64,000 nucleotides of DNA from Candidatus Sysuiplasma acidicola (GTDB taxonomy: Archaea > Thermoplasmatota > Thermoplasmata > Sysuiplasmatales > Sysuiplasmataceae): positions 39,991 through 103,990 of the forward strand of contig JAHEAA010000001.1 of the NCBI GenBank assembly GCA_019721035.1, given 5' to 3'. The translations under genes were made by a program, and so were the position numbers. This document shows, piece after piece, positions 20,054 to 28,614 of this stretch. How positions within the stretch are numbered: position 1 is the stretch's first letter; every line of letters begins with the position of its first letter. The notes under the pieces were generated by a model. It did no database searches. It worked only from the letters and a program-made list of their open reading frames with translations, and was not told the DNA's origin.

Positions 20054-20473
20054 ATGGCGCTATACCTGCGAAACGACGTTTCCCGTTCCGTTATCAGACA
20101 CGCATCCGAGACATTTCCGGAGGAATGCTGCGGTTTCCTGATCGGTGAGGATGGAGGCGATCGGATGACGATGGAAGCACAGAGAGCAAGAAATTCTGCT
20201 ACAGAATCTAAAGGAAGCAGATATGTCATAGATCCTCTGGAAATAATGAAATGCGAAAGGGAATCTGCCTCCCGTGGACTCAGGGTGCTGGGTTACTACC
20301 ACTCCCATCCTGATCATCCTTCCATCCCCTCCGAATTCGACAGGCAGAATGCGTGGCCGGGCTACTCCTATCTCATTGTAAGCGTAATTTCCGGACACCC
20401 TTCAGGCATGCGGTCATGGCGGCTGACAGACGACAGATCACGTTTCGTCCGGGAAGAATTGTTTTATGAGTAA
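20054..20473 (+). CDS. mec: JAMM/MPN+ (M67) metalloprotease, Mec-like
   Basis: PEECCGFL...YHSHPDHPSIPSEFD (E-xn-HSH-x7-S-x2-D); ATG 20054 after GGGTGAT SD. Confidence 0.9.
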   Translation: MALYLRNDVSRSVIRHASETFPEECCGFLIGEDGGDRMTMEAQRARNSATESKGSRYVIDPLEIMKCERESASRGLRVLGYYHSHPDHPSIPSEFDRQNAWPGYSYLIVSVISGHPSGMRSWRLTDDRSRFVREELFYE

Positions 20474-20502
20474 ACTCCGTGCATCACCGTTGGTGTTGTG
20501 AT

Positions 20503-21255
20503 ATGGACAGCAAGCTCAGATTTTCCGACAGAGCTTGCGACTATGCCCTCTACCGGCCTTCTTATCCCGCAGGCCTCATTGACGTGCTTGCATCGGAAGC
20601 GTCTTTTGCACCGGGATGTGTGGTGGCCGACGTCGGGGCAGGCACCGGAAAATTGTCCGCCCTTTTTGCTGACAGAGGTGCTGCAGTGTACTGCATAGAG
20701 CCGAACCCTGAAATGCTGCATGCTTGTATCAGTGAGCTAGGTGCAAGGAAGAACTGTCACTTCATACGGGCCACGGCAGAACGAACCGGCCTAGTCTCAG
20801 GCTCCGTGGACATCGTTTCGGCAGGACAGTCATTTCACTGGTTCGATGTGGAAGCTGCCCGGACGGAATTTCTGAGAGTGCTCCATCCCGACGGATGCGT
20901 ATTTATCGTCTGGAACACGAGAGACAACAAAGCGAACCCGTTCATGATTGAGTATGGTAAACTGTTGGAAAAACATGCCAGCCGGGGAGCGCCTGTCCTC
21001 AGCTCCGAGAGAGCCGGCATAGAGATACTTTTCGGGCAAAGCCGCTTCAAAAGCGGTGAACTGACAAATTCGCAGACGCTTGATTTGGCGGGTCTGATCG
21101 GAAGGTTGGCCTCTTCGTCCTATCTGCCGTCTAGAGGTTCTGTGGGCTACGACTCGATGCTGTCCGATGCGCTTGCTCTTTTCAAACGATTCGAGATCAA
21201 CGGACGGGTGCAATTGCTCTACAGAACGGAATATTTTATTGGAAGACCGGAATAG
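20503..21255 (+). CDS. Class I SAM methyltransferase
   Basis: RFS.RA..Y..YRPSYP, ADVGAGTG, IEPNPEM, AGQSFHWFD. Confidence 0.9.
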   Translation: MDSKLRFSDRACDYALYRPSYPAGLIDVLASEASFAPGCVVADVGAGTGKLSALFADRGAAVYCIEPNPEMLHACISELGARKNCHFIRATAERTGLVSGSVDIVSAGQSFHWFDVEAARTEFLRVLHPDGCVFIVWNTRDNKANPFMIEYGKLLEKHASRGAPVLSSERAGIEILFGQSRFKSGELTNSQTLDLAGLIGRLASSSYLPSRGSVGYDSMLSDALALFKRFEINGRVQLLYRTEYFIGRPE

Positions 21256-21315
21256 GATTAAACGGAACGGGACCTGTTCTCCTGTCTTCGGACCGTGAAA
21301 AGCACCGGTGGAGTA

Positions 21316-21483
21316 TCAATGGAAGAGATAGACAGAGTTTCCCCTGTTCTTTCTCCTGTTTCTTCTGCGCCAGATAATCAGGATGAGCAATATGAGCAGT
21401 ATGACAATTGCAATGGCAATATTGTCAAACGCGCTCAGCGCCGCAAATGCCGCCGATGCCTGAATCTGTCTGCCATCATCCAT
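21316..21483 (-). CDS. Putative 55-aa single-pass membrane microprotein
   Basis: Manual translation: MDDGRQIQASAAFAALSAFDNIAIAIVILLILLILIIWRRRNRRKNRGNSVYLFH; clean TM helix + polybasic tail; below ORF-track cutoff. Confidence 0.6.
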   Translation of the reverse strand: MDDGRQIQASAAFAALSAFDNIAIAIVILLILLILIIWRRRNRRKNRGNSVYLFH

Positions 21484-21547
21484 GCCTGCCAAACAACGTC
21501 ACTCGTGATTTAAGTCTTCTCCTGCTTCACAGGCCGCTTTCAATTTT

Positions 21548-22126
21548 TCACGTCTTTCTCGCGAATACTCCGTAATGGAACTCGGCAGCGCAGAAAATTT
21601 TCTCGATTGCAAAGCCTGCTCCTGCGATGAGCGTCTCGGCCTCCTCCTGCGAGAGTCGTTCGGACAGCGGAGGACCAATCGGCGTCTTCTGTTTCTCCCA
21701 TTCAATTGCTCCCAGCACACCATTTTTCCTGAGTATTCTATGGACTTCCTTCAGTGTGGCATCCCCTTCCAGTTCATGCAAAGTCGTGATCATCAGTGCC
21801 ACATCAACCGTACCGCTCCCTGCCGGAATTTTCTGCTCCTCCGACAGTATGAATTTTACATTCCGGAGGCCATTTTTCCCGGCGATATTTTTAGCCATGC
21901 CGATGAACTGCTCCTGTATGTCAACGGCAATAACCTTTCCCGTCTCACCGACACTTTCAGAAGCGGCCGCCAGGAAAGCACCTGGGCCGCATCCGACGTC
22001 CATCAGAACATTTCCCTTCCTGATGCCAAACAAACTCATCACTGCAGCAGGCTGCAGCAGACTGAGTCTTTCCTCGCTCAGCAGGACGTCGCCTATCCCG
22101 ACAGGAAACTTCCTCTTCTTCTTCGT
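21548..22126 (-). CDS. Class I SAM methyltransferase (probable ACG start)
   Basis: MDVGCGPG, AVDIQ, LHEL, IEWEKQKTPIGPP. The homologous-looking N-terminus KKKRKFP...LLSEERLSLLQP extends to ACG 22126 behind a GGAGG SD. Confidence 0.85.
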   Translation of the reverse strand, partial: TKKKRKFPVGIGDVLLSEERLSLLQPAAVMSLFGIRKGNVLMDVGCGPGAFLAAASESVGETGKVIAVDIQEQFIGMAKNIAGKNGLRNVKFILSEEQKIPAGSGTVDVALMITTLHELEGDATLKEVHRILRKNGVLGAIEWEKQKTPIGPPLSERLSQEEAETLIAGAGFAIEKIFCAAEFHYGVFARKT

Positions 22127-22144
22127 GGCCGCTCCTCCCCCTCG

Positions 22145-23380
22145 TCAATATGATGCATTGCGCAGCTCTTTCATATTTGTTGCTGCTGCGCAGGTGACCA
22201 GCATCAGCAAGGCGAAGAACAGATAGACGCCTTGCACTCCCATAACATCCACAAGTAAGCCGCTAGCCATCATGGAGAGCGAAGCGCTGCCGAGCAGCAG
22301 AAGGCTCAGGGCGGCAAGCACGCTGCCGAGACGTTCATTCGGCGTTCTGGCCTGGATGAGCGTAACAAACGGGACAATCGATATGCCCTCCACGAAGCCT
22401 ATCACCACTGAGACGGCAACTGCCAGCAATGCGTTGCCCGAATAGGCAAAAAGTATGTAGAGAAAGGCATCGACGGTGTTTGATATTATCAGTATCTTCC
22501 CCACTCTGCTCCCGGGATTGAATTTTGTCACTATGTAATTGCCGGCGACCGTTCCGGCAGCAAGAAAGACCAGTATTGAAGCAAAGATGCCAGGACCGGA
22601 TCTGAAAACTACTTTGGCCATGATGGCAGGGAGCACTATCATGCCTGCACCCGTGAAATTTACAACAGAAAGGAAGATAGCAATTTCCAGTATGAGCCTG
22701 TCGCTCCGGATATAACGCAAACCGTCGAAACCGCTCCTCTTCTTTGTACTCCTTTTCTGCCCCGAAAGGTTCATTCCGCCGAACATCAGAGCGCTGGTCA
22801 AGAACACTGCAACCTCGATGAGCGCTATTCCGCGTATACCTAACAGGAGCAACAGTGCGCCTCCCGCAAGGAATCCGAAAATCCTGGTGAGCTGTGTCGT
22901 CGCCTGCTGCAGCGAATTTGCCGCAGTGAGTTCATCCTTAGGAACTGTAAGCGGTATGCTGCTGCTCCTGGAAATCGAAACAAGGAATCCAAAACTGGCT
23001 ATTGAGAAGACCGCAATGAATGATGTTTGCAGTACAAACACGTCGAACGTTATCGAAAGGTAGAGAAGTATTGCAAATGTCATCTCCGAAAGCGTTGCGG
23101 CAATCATGACTTTCTTTCTGTTGTAGCCGTCGGCTATCTTGCCGAATACAGGTGCAAACAGGAACGTAGGAGCATAATATGCCGCAGCAATGAGACCAGC
23201 GTACATCACATTGTGCGTCAGCACTCCATATACGAACCACAGCATGGCTATGGAGAGCAGATTGTCTCCTGTCCTTGACACCAGTGTTGCTGCCCAGAGA
23301 TAGAAGAAACTCCTGTTGCCTAGTACCCTGAAGTACCCCACCTTAGGGTGAACTGTTTCTGTAGTCAAATTAGAGCCCAA
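22145..23380 (-). CDS. MFS transporter (DHA3/MFS_3-like)
   Basis: FRVLGNRSFFYLW...SRTGD, GKIADGYNRKKVM, IQARTPNERLGSV; about 12 TM. Confidence 0.9.
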   Translation of the reverse strand: MGSNLTTETVHPKVGYFRVLGNRSFFYLWAATLVSRTGDNLLSIAMLWFVYGVLTHNVMYAGLIAAAYYAPTFLFAPVFGKIADGYNRKKVMIAATLSEMTFAILLYLSITFDVFVLQTSFIAVFSIASFGFLVSISRSSSIPLTVPKDELTAANSLQQATTQLTRIFGFLAGGALLLLLGIRGIALIEVAVFLTSALMFGGMNLSGQKRSTKKRSGFDGLRYIRSDRLILEIAIFLSVVNFTGAGMIVLPAIMAKVVFRSGPGIFASILVFLAAGTVAGNYIVTKFNPGSRVGKILIISNTVDAFLYILFAYSGNALLAVAVSVVIGFVEGISIVPFVTLIQARTPNERLGSVLAALSLLLLGSASLSMMASGLLVDVMGVQGVYLFFALLMLVTCAAATNMKELRNASY

Positions 23381-23471
23381 CCCGATTGACCTTGCGAATG
23401 AACGTCATTATAATATTAAATTGTAGTACACGATTTTCGGAAAATATATTCAAAACGCTCCGTCATCTGCA

Positions 23472-23507
23472 GCTCCCCGCCTGCCAAGTTTTATGGCAGG
23501 CTGGGGC
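23472..23507 (+). promoter_or_regulatory. Strong hairpin in the thyX 5' leader
   Basis: GCCTGCCA-AGTTTTA-TGGCAGGC core with an outer GCTCC/GGGGC extension, lying between an AT-rich box (~23441-23452) and the GGAGTGA SD. Confidence 0.5.
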
Positions 23508-23529
23508 ATTTCCCACAGGAGTGATTGGG

Positions 23530-24159
23530 TTGAAGGTTGAACTGGTAAATTACACCGCCAGCCCTGTGGAGGCATGCGGAAAGGCTGCGGGCATTTGTTA
23601 TGACAGAGAGGCGAAAGAGGACTACGGTTCCTTCATCAAGCGCATCATAAGTTACGGCCATATGGACGTCATTGAGCATGCCAACTTCACCTTCCGGATA
23701 GAAGGAATAAGCAGGGCCTGCTCCCATCAGCTCGTACGGCACAGACACAGCTCCTTCAGTCAGAGGAGCCAGCGATATGTCTCGGAAAAGGAAAGCAATT
23801 ATGTTCTCCCCTCGCTGGAGAATGTTGCACTGGAAAAGAGAGGCGAGGCACTGTCAGTAATGGAGGATTTCATCCGGAAGAGTTACGATGTTTACGCGTC
23901 TCTTCTCAAACTCGGCGTTAAGAAGGAGGATGCACGTTTTGTGCTGACTAACGCTGCCGAGACCAGACTCTACTGGACAACAAACGCCAGATCGCTTAGA
24001 CACTTCTTCATAATGCGCCTTGATGTGAGCGCACAGTGGGAAATCAGGAAGATGGCACAGCTTGCATTTGATGAAGTGATAAAGGTGGCGAAGGAGTTAT
24101 TTGATGATCTGCTTGAATTGAGGAACACAGGGCATCTGGGCCATCCTGTCTACGAGTGA
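23530..24159 (+). CDS. thyX: Flavin-dependent thymidylate synthase
   Basis: GHMDVIEH, ISRACSHQLVRHR..SFSQRSQRY, EDARFVL, NARSLRHF..MR, AQWEIR; TTG start after GGAGTGA. Confidence 0.95.
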   Translation: MKVELVNYTASPVEACGKAAGICYDREAKEDYGSFIKRIISYGHMDVIEHANFTFRIEGISRACSHQLVRHRHSSFSQRSQRYVSEKESNYVLPSLENVALEKRGEALSVMEDFIRKSYDVYASLLKLGVKKEDARFVLTNAAETRLYWTTNARSLRHFFIMRLDVSAQWEIRKMAQLAFDEVIKVAKELFDDLLELRNTGHLGHPVYE

Positions 24160-24161
24160 TA

Positions 24162-25013
24162 TCACCTGTCGTCGATATGGGTGATTTTCTGCGCCGCTGG
24201 AACATGTTCCGCCTCGCCCGACTTGAAGAAATAGACGAGCAGCGTCACGAGAAGTATGAGATAGGCTACGAGCTGTGCAAGTGTGTAGGCGGTTCCGTCG
24301 AATCCGATCAGCAGCGTCAGCATGGAATGCAGTATCGATGACGCATATCCGGTGTCTCTGTATCTAAGCAGGATGCTTGCTGCCGGGATCAGTCCCACCT
24401 GCTCAAGGTTGTGTATAACAATCGAAAGTATGGCGGATGCAAAAATAATCAGCGCCAGGGACGTCCATCTGAAGACCGTTCCTATGTCCATCTTGCGCGT
24501 CATGCTGTTGAGCGCGACGAATAGAATGGAAACGGCTGCGATTCCCCCTGCGGCACCTATTGCACTTCCTGTCTCGGATATGAAGATGAACGGTGCAATG
24601 AATATTACTGCCTCTACACCCTCTCTGAGCACAGTGGTGAAACTGATGAAAAAAATGGCCGGAAAGCCATGACTTTGTATGTTTTTCTCCAGTTTCCGCT
24701 CAATTGATACACGCATCGACCTAGAGTGCTTTTTCATGAAAAGTATCATGTATGTTAGCACTGCGACGGCAAATATGCCCATCAGCGCTTCAAAATAGTC
24801 ACCGAACGCAGCGTAGAGATAACCAAATGCTGCTGCCAGCAGTACCGAAACTGCAATGCCTGCGGCCACACCTGCGTATACGTACGGGATGCGCTTAGGG
24901 TCGACTGCCGCCAGATATCCGGAAAGAACGATGACGACGAGTGACGCCTCGAGTGCTTCCCTGAAACTGATGACGAATGCTGCCACTAAGGCCGCTATTT
25001 CAGCAGATGCCAG
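24162..25013 (-). CDS. FTR1/EfeU-family high-affinity iron permease
   Basis: Two RExxE motifs (REALE, REGVE), about 7 TM. CTG at 25013 lies 6 nt after GGTGA; GTG 24986 is the alternative start. Confidence 0.88.
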   Translation of the reverse strand: MASAEIAALVAAFVISFREALEASLVVIVLSGYLAAVDPKRIPYVYAGVAAGIAVSVLLAAAFGYLYAAFGDYFEALMGIFAVAVLTYMILFMKKHSRSMRVSIERKLEKNIQSHGFPAIFFISFTTVLREGVEAVIFIAPFIFISETGSAIGAAGGIAAVSILFVALNSMTRKMDIGTVFRWTSLALIIFASAILSIVIHNLEQVGLIPAASILLRYRDTGYASSILHSMLTLLIGFDGTAYTLAQLVAYLILLVTLLVYFFKSGEAEHVPAAQKITHIDDR

Positions 25014-25191
25014 GAATGTTCACCGTACGGCGCTAGATACGCGTATTATTTGAATATAACGCCGTAATAGTGGCGGTAACCGCTGGCGTTGGCGACTGAA
25101 AAAGTGTAATGAATCTTCCGTTTGTTTCTCGCCCATGCTCAATGCCTCCGTCAGCAATGTATTTTTATGCTATCCTGCTTCAGACTGTCAG

Positions 25192-27774
25192 ATGTCTGCG
25201 TATGACCATACGGTCTCAGAACCCGAATGGCAACAGAAGTGGAAGGAGTGGAACATTTACCGCTTCGACCCTTCATCGAAAAGAGAGGTTTACAGCATTG
25301 ACACCCCTCCGCGCTATACCTCGGGTGCGCTTCATCTTGGCCATGCAACAGGATATCCGATGCTGGATTTTGCCGCAAGATACCGCAGGATGCGCGGCTA
25401 CAATGTCTTTTTCCCTCTCTGTTTCGACACAAACGGAATGCCCGTTGAGACTGCGACAGAGAAGAAACACGGAATTACAAAGTTCAGCGTGGACCGAAAG
25501 ACCTACCTTCGCCTGTGTTCAGAATATGCGCATCAGTTCATAGACACGATGACCATGCAATTTGAGATGCTCGGCATGAGCCTTGACCCGAGCATCTATT
25601 ACCAGACCGATGCGCCGGCGTACAGGCGCATCACACAGATTACATTTCTGCGCATGCTTGACAAGGGTCTTGCCTATCGCGGCACCTTTCCCGTGAACTG
25701 GTGCGTTCACTGCAATACGTCACTGGCGGATGCCGAGGTGGAGAGAGAGGAACGAAAGGCCATACTGCATCATATAAAATTCCCGCTCAAGGATGGCGGA
25801 CATGTTACAATCGCCACCAGCAGGCCGGAGCTCATAGGCGCATGCCAGGCTGTTCTGTTCAACGGAGATGACAGCAGGCATTCAGCACTCGCCGGCAGAA
25901 CCGCAGTTCTGCCGATCTATGACAGGGAGGTGCCTCTGCTTGAAGACGGCAAGGTGGATATGGCGTTCGGCACCGGCGCAGTAATGGTCTGCTCTTACGG
26001 CGACAAAGAGGATGCCGAGTGGATACTCAAACACAAGCTGCCGGTCAGCGTCATCATAGACGACATGGGAAACATGAATGACGTTGCTGGCTTCCTTTCC
26101 GGCAGTAACACAATCGATGCAAGGAAGACCATGGTCGCCGCACTGACTGAGAAGGGTCTTCTGCTTAAAACAGAAACATTCGATCAGAGCGTGGGAGTGT
26201 GCTGGCGTTGCGCAACTCCTGTCGAGATTATTGAAACGAGGCAGTGGTTCCTGAAGTCGGTGTCTTTCAAAGAGGAGATCATGGAGAAGGCCAGGGAGAT
26301 ACGGTGGTTTCCGGAGTTCATGAAGCAGCGGCTCAGGGACTGGGCAGATTCACTCACCTGGGACTGGGTCATATCCAGACAGCGGCTGTTCGCGACTCCC
26401 CTGCCTATCTGGGAATGCGCAGGGTGCGGGCACGTTGTGCCTGCAACTGAGAACCAGTGTTATATCGACCCTCTTGAAATGCCTCCCCCGGGCCCCTGTC
26501 CTCGGTGCGGGTCAGAACTGAAGGGCAGCACAGACGTGTTTGACACGTGGATGGATTCGAGCGTGAGCGTGCTGTACAACACCTTCTGGGAAAGAGATGA
26601 GAAGCTCTTTTCGCATCTCTTCCCGATGAGCCTGAGGGGTCAGGCGCACGAGATCATAAGGACATGGGCATACTACACGATACTTCGATCTCATCTGCTG
26701 CTCGACGAAATCCCCTGGAATGACATAATGATCACGGGCTTTATCATGGCGCCGGACAAGACGCCGATGCACACGCATCTCGGCAACATGATTGACCCTG
26801 TGCCTATTATGAAAAAATACGGCGCGGACGCTCTCAGGTATTTTGCTGCGACATGCAGTCTCGGAACCGATCAGGCATTCAGGGAAAAGGACGTGGTCCA
26901 TGGACAGAGGCTGTGCAACAAGATATGGAACATTGCCAGATTCTGTTCATCCTTTGAGATAAAGGACAAGGCCATGCCCCGCTCCGCGGGTCCTGTAGAC
27001 TCGTGGATAATTTCGCTGTACAGTGACGCGGTGAGGGACGCAACAGCGTTCATGGAAACGTATGAGTTCGACAGGGCCATGAGGGCCATAGAGGGGTTTG
27101 CATGGCACGATTTCGCCGATGATTATGTGGAGATGGCGAAACAGCGTGCAAAGGACGGGGATCGTGCGGCAATATGGGTCCTCCGGACCATCTCCCAGGG
27201 CATAGTGAAGATGCTTGCGCCGCTCCTGCCTCACGTAAGCGAAGCAGTGTATCAGGAATTTTTCAAAACGGAGGAAAAGAGCATACATCTGTGCAGCTGG
27301 CCCGAACCGCTTCCACCCGAGATCGAAGCTACTGACACAGGCAGGACGGCAGTCAGGATCGTCCATGCCCTTAGAGACTGGCGTGCAAAGAACAGTTTCA
27401 ACGGTCCGATATCACAGATCACAGTGCTGCACTTCCCGGATGAGCTTAAAACAGCCGCAGTCGACATAGCGAGTGCGTGCAGAGCCGCCAAAGTCAGTTT
27501 CGGAACGGCTGGAAGCTACAGGAGAGCCGTCACGGCCATCAAGCCCAATTATCAGTACATAGGTCCCAGATACAGGGAGAAGGCGAAGGCAATAACCGAT
27601 GCCCTGAAGGCACTCGATCCTGCAGCACTGTCGCTCAACGAGGACGGCAGCATTACGCTGGGCGGCACATCACTGGAGAAGGAGGCCTTTCAGCTCACCA
27701 CATCGTACATTGTCGACGGAACCGAGGCGGATGCTCTGCAGGTCGGGGATATACTCCTCCTCGTAAGGAAATGA
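25192..27774 (+). CDS. valS: Valine--tRNA ligase (archaeal type)
   Basis: YSIDTPP, LHLGH (HIGH), ATSRPE, FGTGAVM, WDWVISRQR, DVFDTWMDSS, QAHEIIRTW, YGADALRY; ATG 25192 about 25 nt after a TATA-like TTTTTATG. Confidence 0.95.
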   Translation: MSAYDHTVSEPEWQQKWKEWNIYRFDPSSKREVYSIDTPPRYTSGALHLGHATGYPMLDFAARYRRMRGYNVFFPLCFDTNGMPVETATEKKHGITKFSVDRKTYLRLCSEYAHQFIDTMTMQFEMLGMSLDPSIYYQTDAPAYRRITQITFLRMLDKGLAYRGTFPVNWCVHCNTSLADAEVEREERKAILHHIKFPLKDGGHVTIATSRPELIGACQAVLFNGDDSRHSALAGRTAVLPIYDREVPLLEDGKVDMAFGTGAVMVCSYGDKEDAEWILKHKLPVSVIIDDMGNMNDVAGFLSGSNTIDARKTMVAALTEKGLLLKTETFDQSVGVCWRCATPVEIIETRQWFLKSVSFKEEIMEKAREIRWFPEFMKQRLRDWADSLTWDWVISRQRLFATPLPIWECAGCGHVVPATENQCYIDPLEMPPPGPCPRCGSELKGSTDVFDTWMDSSVSVLYNTFWERDEKLFSHLFPMSLRGQAHEIIRTWAYYTILRSHLLLDEIPWNDIMITGFIMAPDKTPMHTHLGNMIDPVPIMKKYGADALRYFAATCSLGTDQAFREKDVVHGQRLCNKIWNIARFCSSFEIKDKAMPRSAGPVDSWIISLYSDAVRDATAFMETYEFDRAMRAIEGFAWHDFADDYVEMAKQRAKDGDRAAIWVLRTISQGIVKMLAPLLPHVSEAVYQEFFKTEEKSIHLCSWPEPLPPEIEATDTGRTAVRIVHALRDWRAKNSFNGPISQITVLHFPDELKTAAVDIASACRAAKVSFGTAGSYRRAVTAIKPNYQYIGPRYREKAKAITDALKALDPAALSLNEDGSITLGGTSLEKEAFQLTTSYIVDGTEADALQVGDILLLVRK

Positions 27775-28478
27775 ACGAAGTGCACTGCTTCGGGCCCGGT
27801 GATATTGTGGACTGGAACAGAACTACTGAAAACAGGGCACATGTGGCATCGCGATGGAAAGCCCTCTATTCAGCCGGAATGAACATAGGCGGCTGTCCCC
27901 TTTCTGACTTCTCTTCGCGCATGATAGTTCGCTACTGCAAACAGGGTTCGAGGCTGCTGGATGCGGGCTGCGGAACAGGGCGATCCATGAGGCACCTGCT
28001 CGCCATGCCGGAACTGCGTGAGAACGCGATCGAGGTGATGGGTCTGGACTTCTGTATGGATGCACTTCTGTCTCACAATGACAGCATCATCAGGATCTGC
28101 GGCGATATGCTCAACATGCCGTTCATTCCCGGATGTTTCGACATCGTCACATCCAGGCAGGTCCTGGATGGATATTCTGCCCGGGAAATATCACTTTTCT
28201 CCGCCTCTTGCTTGAGCGTGCTCAGGGAAGGTGGCATACTCATTATCGACGCAAGGGGACCATTCGACACCCGGGCGCGCAGTGCCGCTTTTGGTAAAGA
28301 GGATACAGAGGGCCATCGAAGTTCATATTTTTCAAGACCTGAACTCATTGAATTCTTCGCTCCTTTCTCAGCAGTTGACTGGGAGGAGGACTTCAGGTGC
28401 AGGAAAACGCCGTCCGGGAAGAGACTGATAACCCACAATATTTCGCTCCTCTTCAGAAAAGGGAAAGTGCAGCATTAG
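27771..28478 (+). CDS. Class I SAM methyltransferase
   Basis: ATGA overlap with valS; LLDAGCGTG, GLDF, GDMLNMPF, VLREGG. Confidence 0.82.
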   Translation: MNEVHCFGPGDIVDWNRTTENRAHVASRWKALYSAGMNIGGCPLSDFSSRMIVRYCKQGSRLLDAGCGTGRSMRHLLAMPELRENAIEVMGLDFCMDALLSHNDSIIRICGDMLNMPFIPGCFDIVTSRQVLDGYSAREISLFSASCLSVLREGGILIIDARGPFDTRARSAAFGKEDTEGHRSSYFSRPELIEFFAPFSAVDWEEDFRCRKTPSGKRLITHNISLLFRKGKVQH

Positions 28479-28614
28479 CCAGCAGGCGTTACAAGTTTTT
28501 TCAGGCTTCTCCGTTAGACACTTAACCGCGGCACAGTTGTTGCAGTCTGGCTTTAACAAGTATCGAATAAAGGAAGTCGTGAACTGTGTTTTATATACTA
28601 ATCGCAGCAAAATT

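Noticed and set aside
25058-25090. Nested inverted repeat upstream of FTR1 as an iron-regulator box
   Set aside because: GC-rich and unlike DtxR/Fur-type AT-rich boxes; short arms could be chance.
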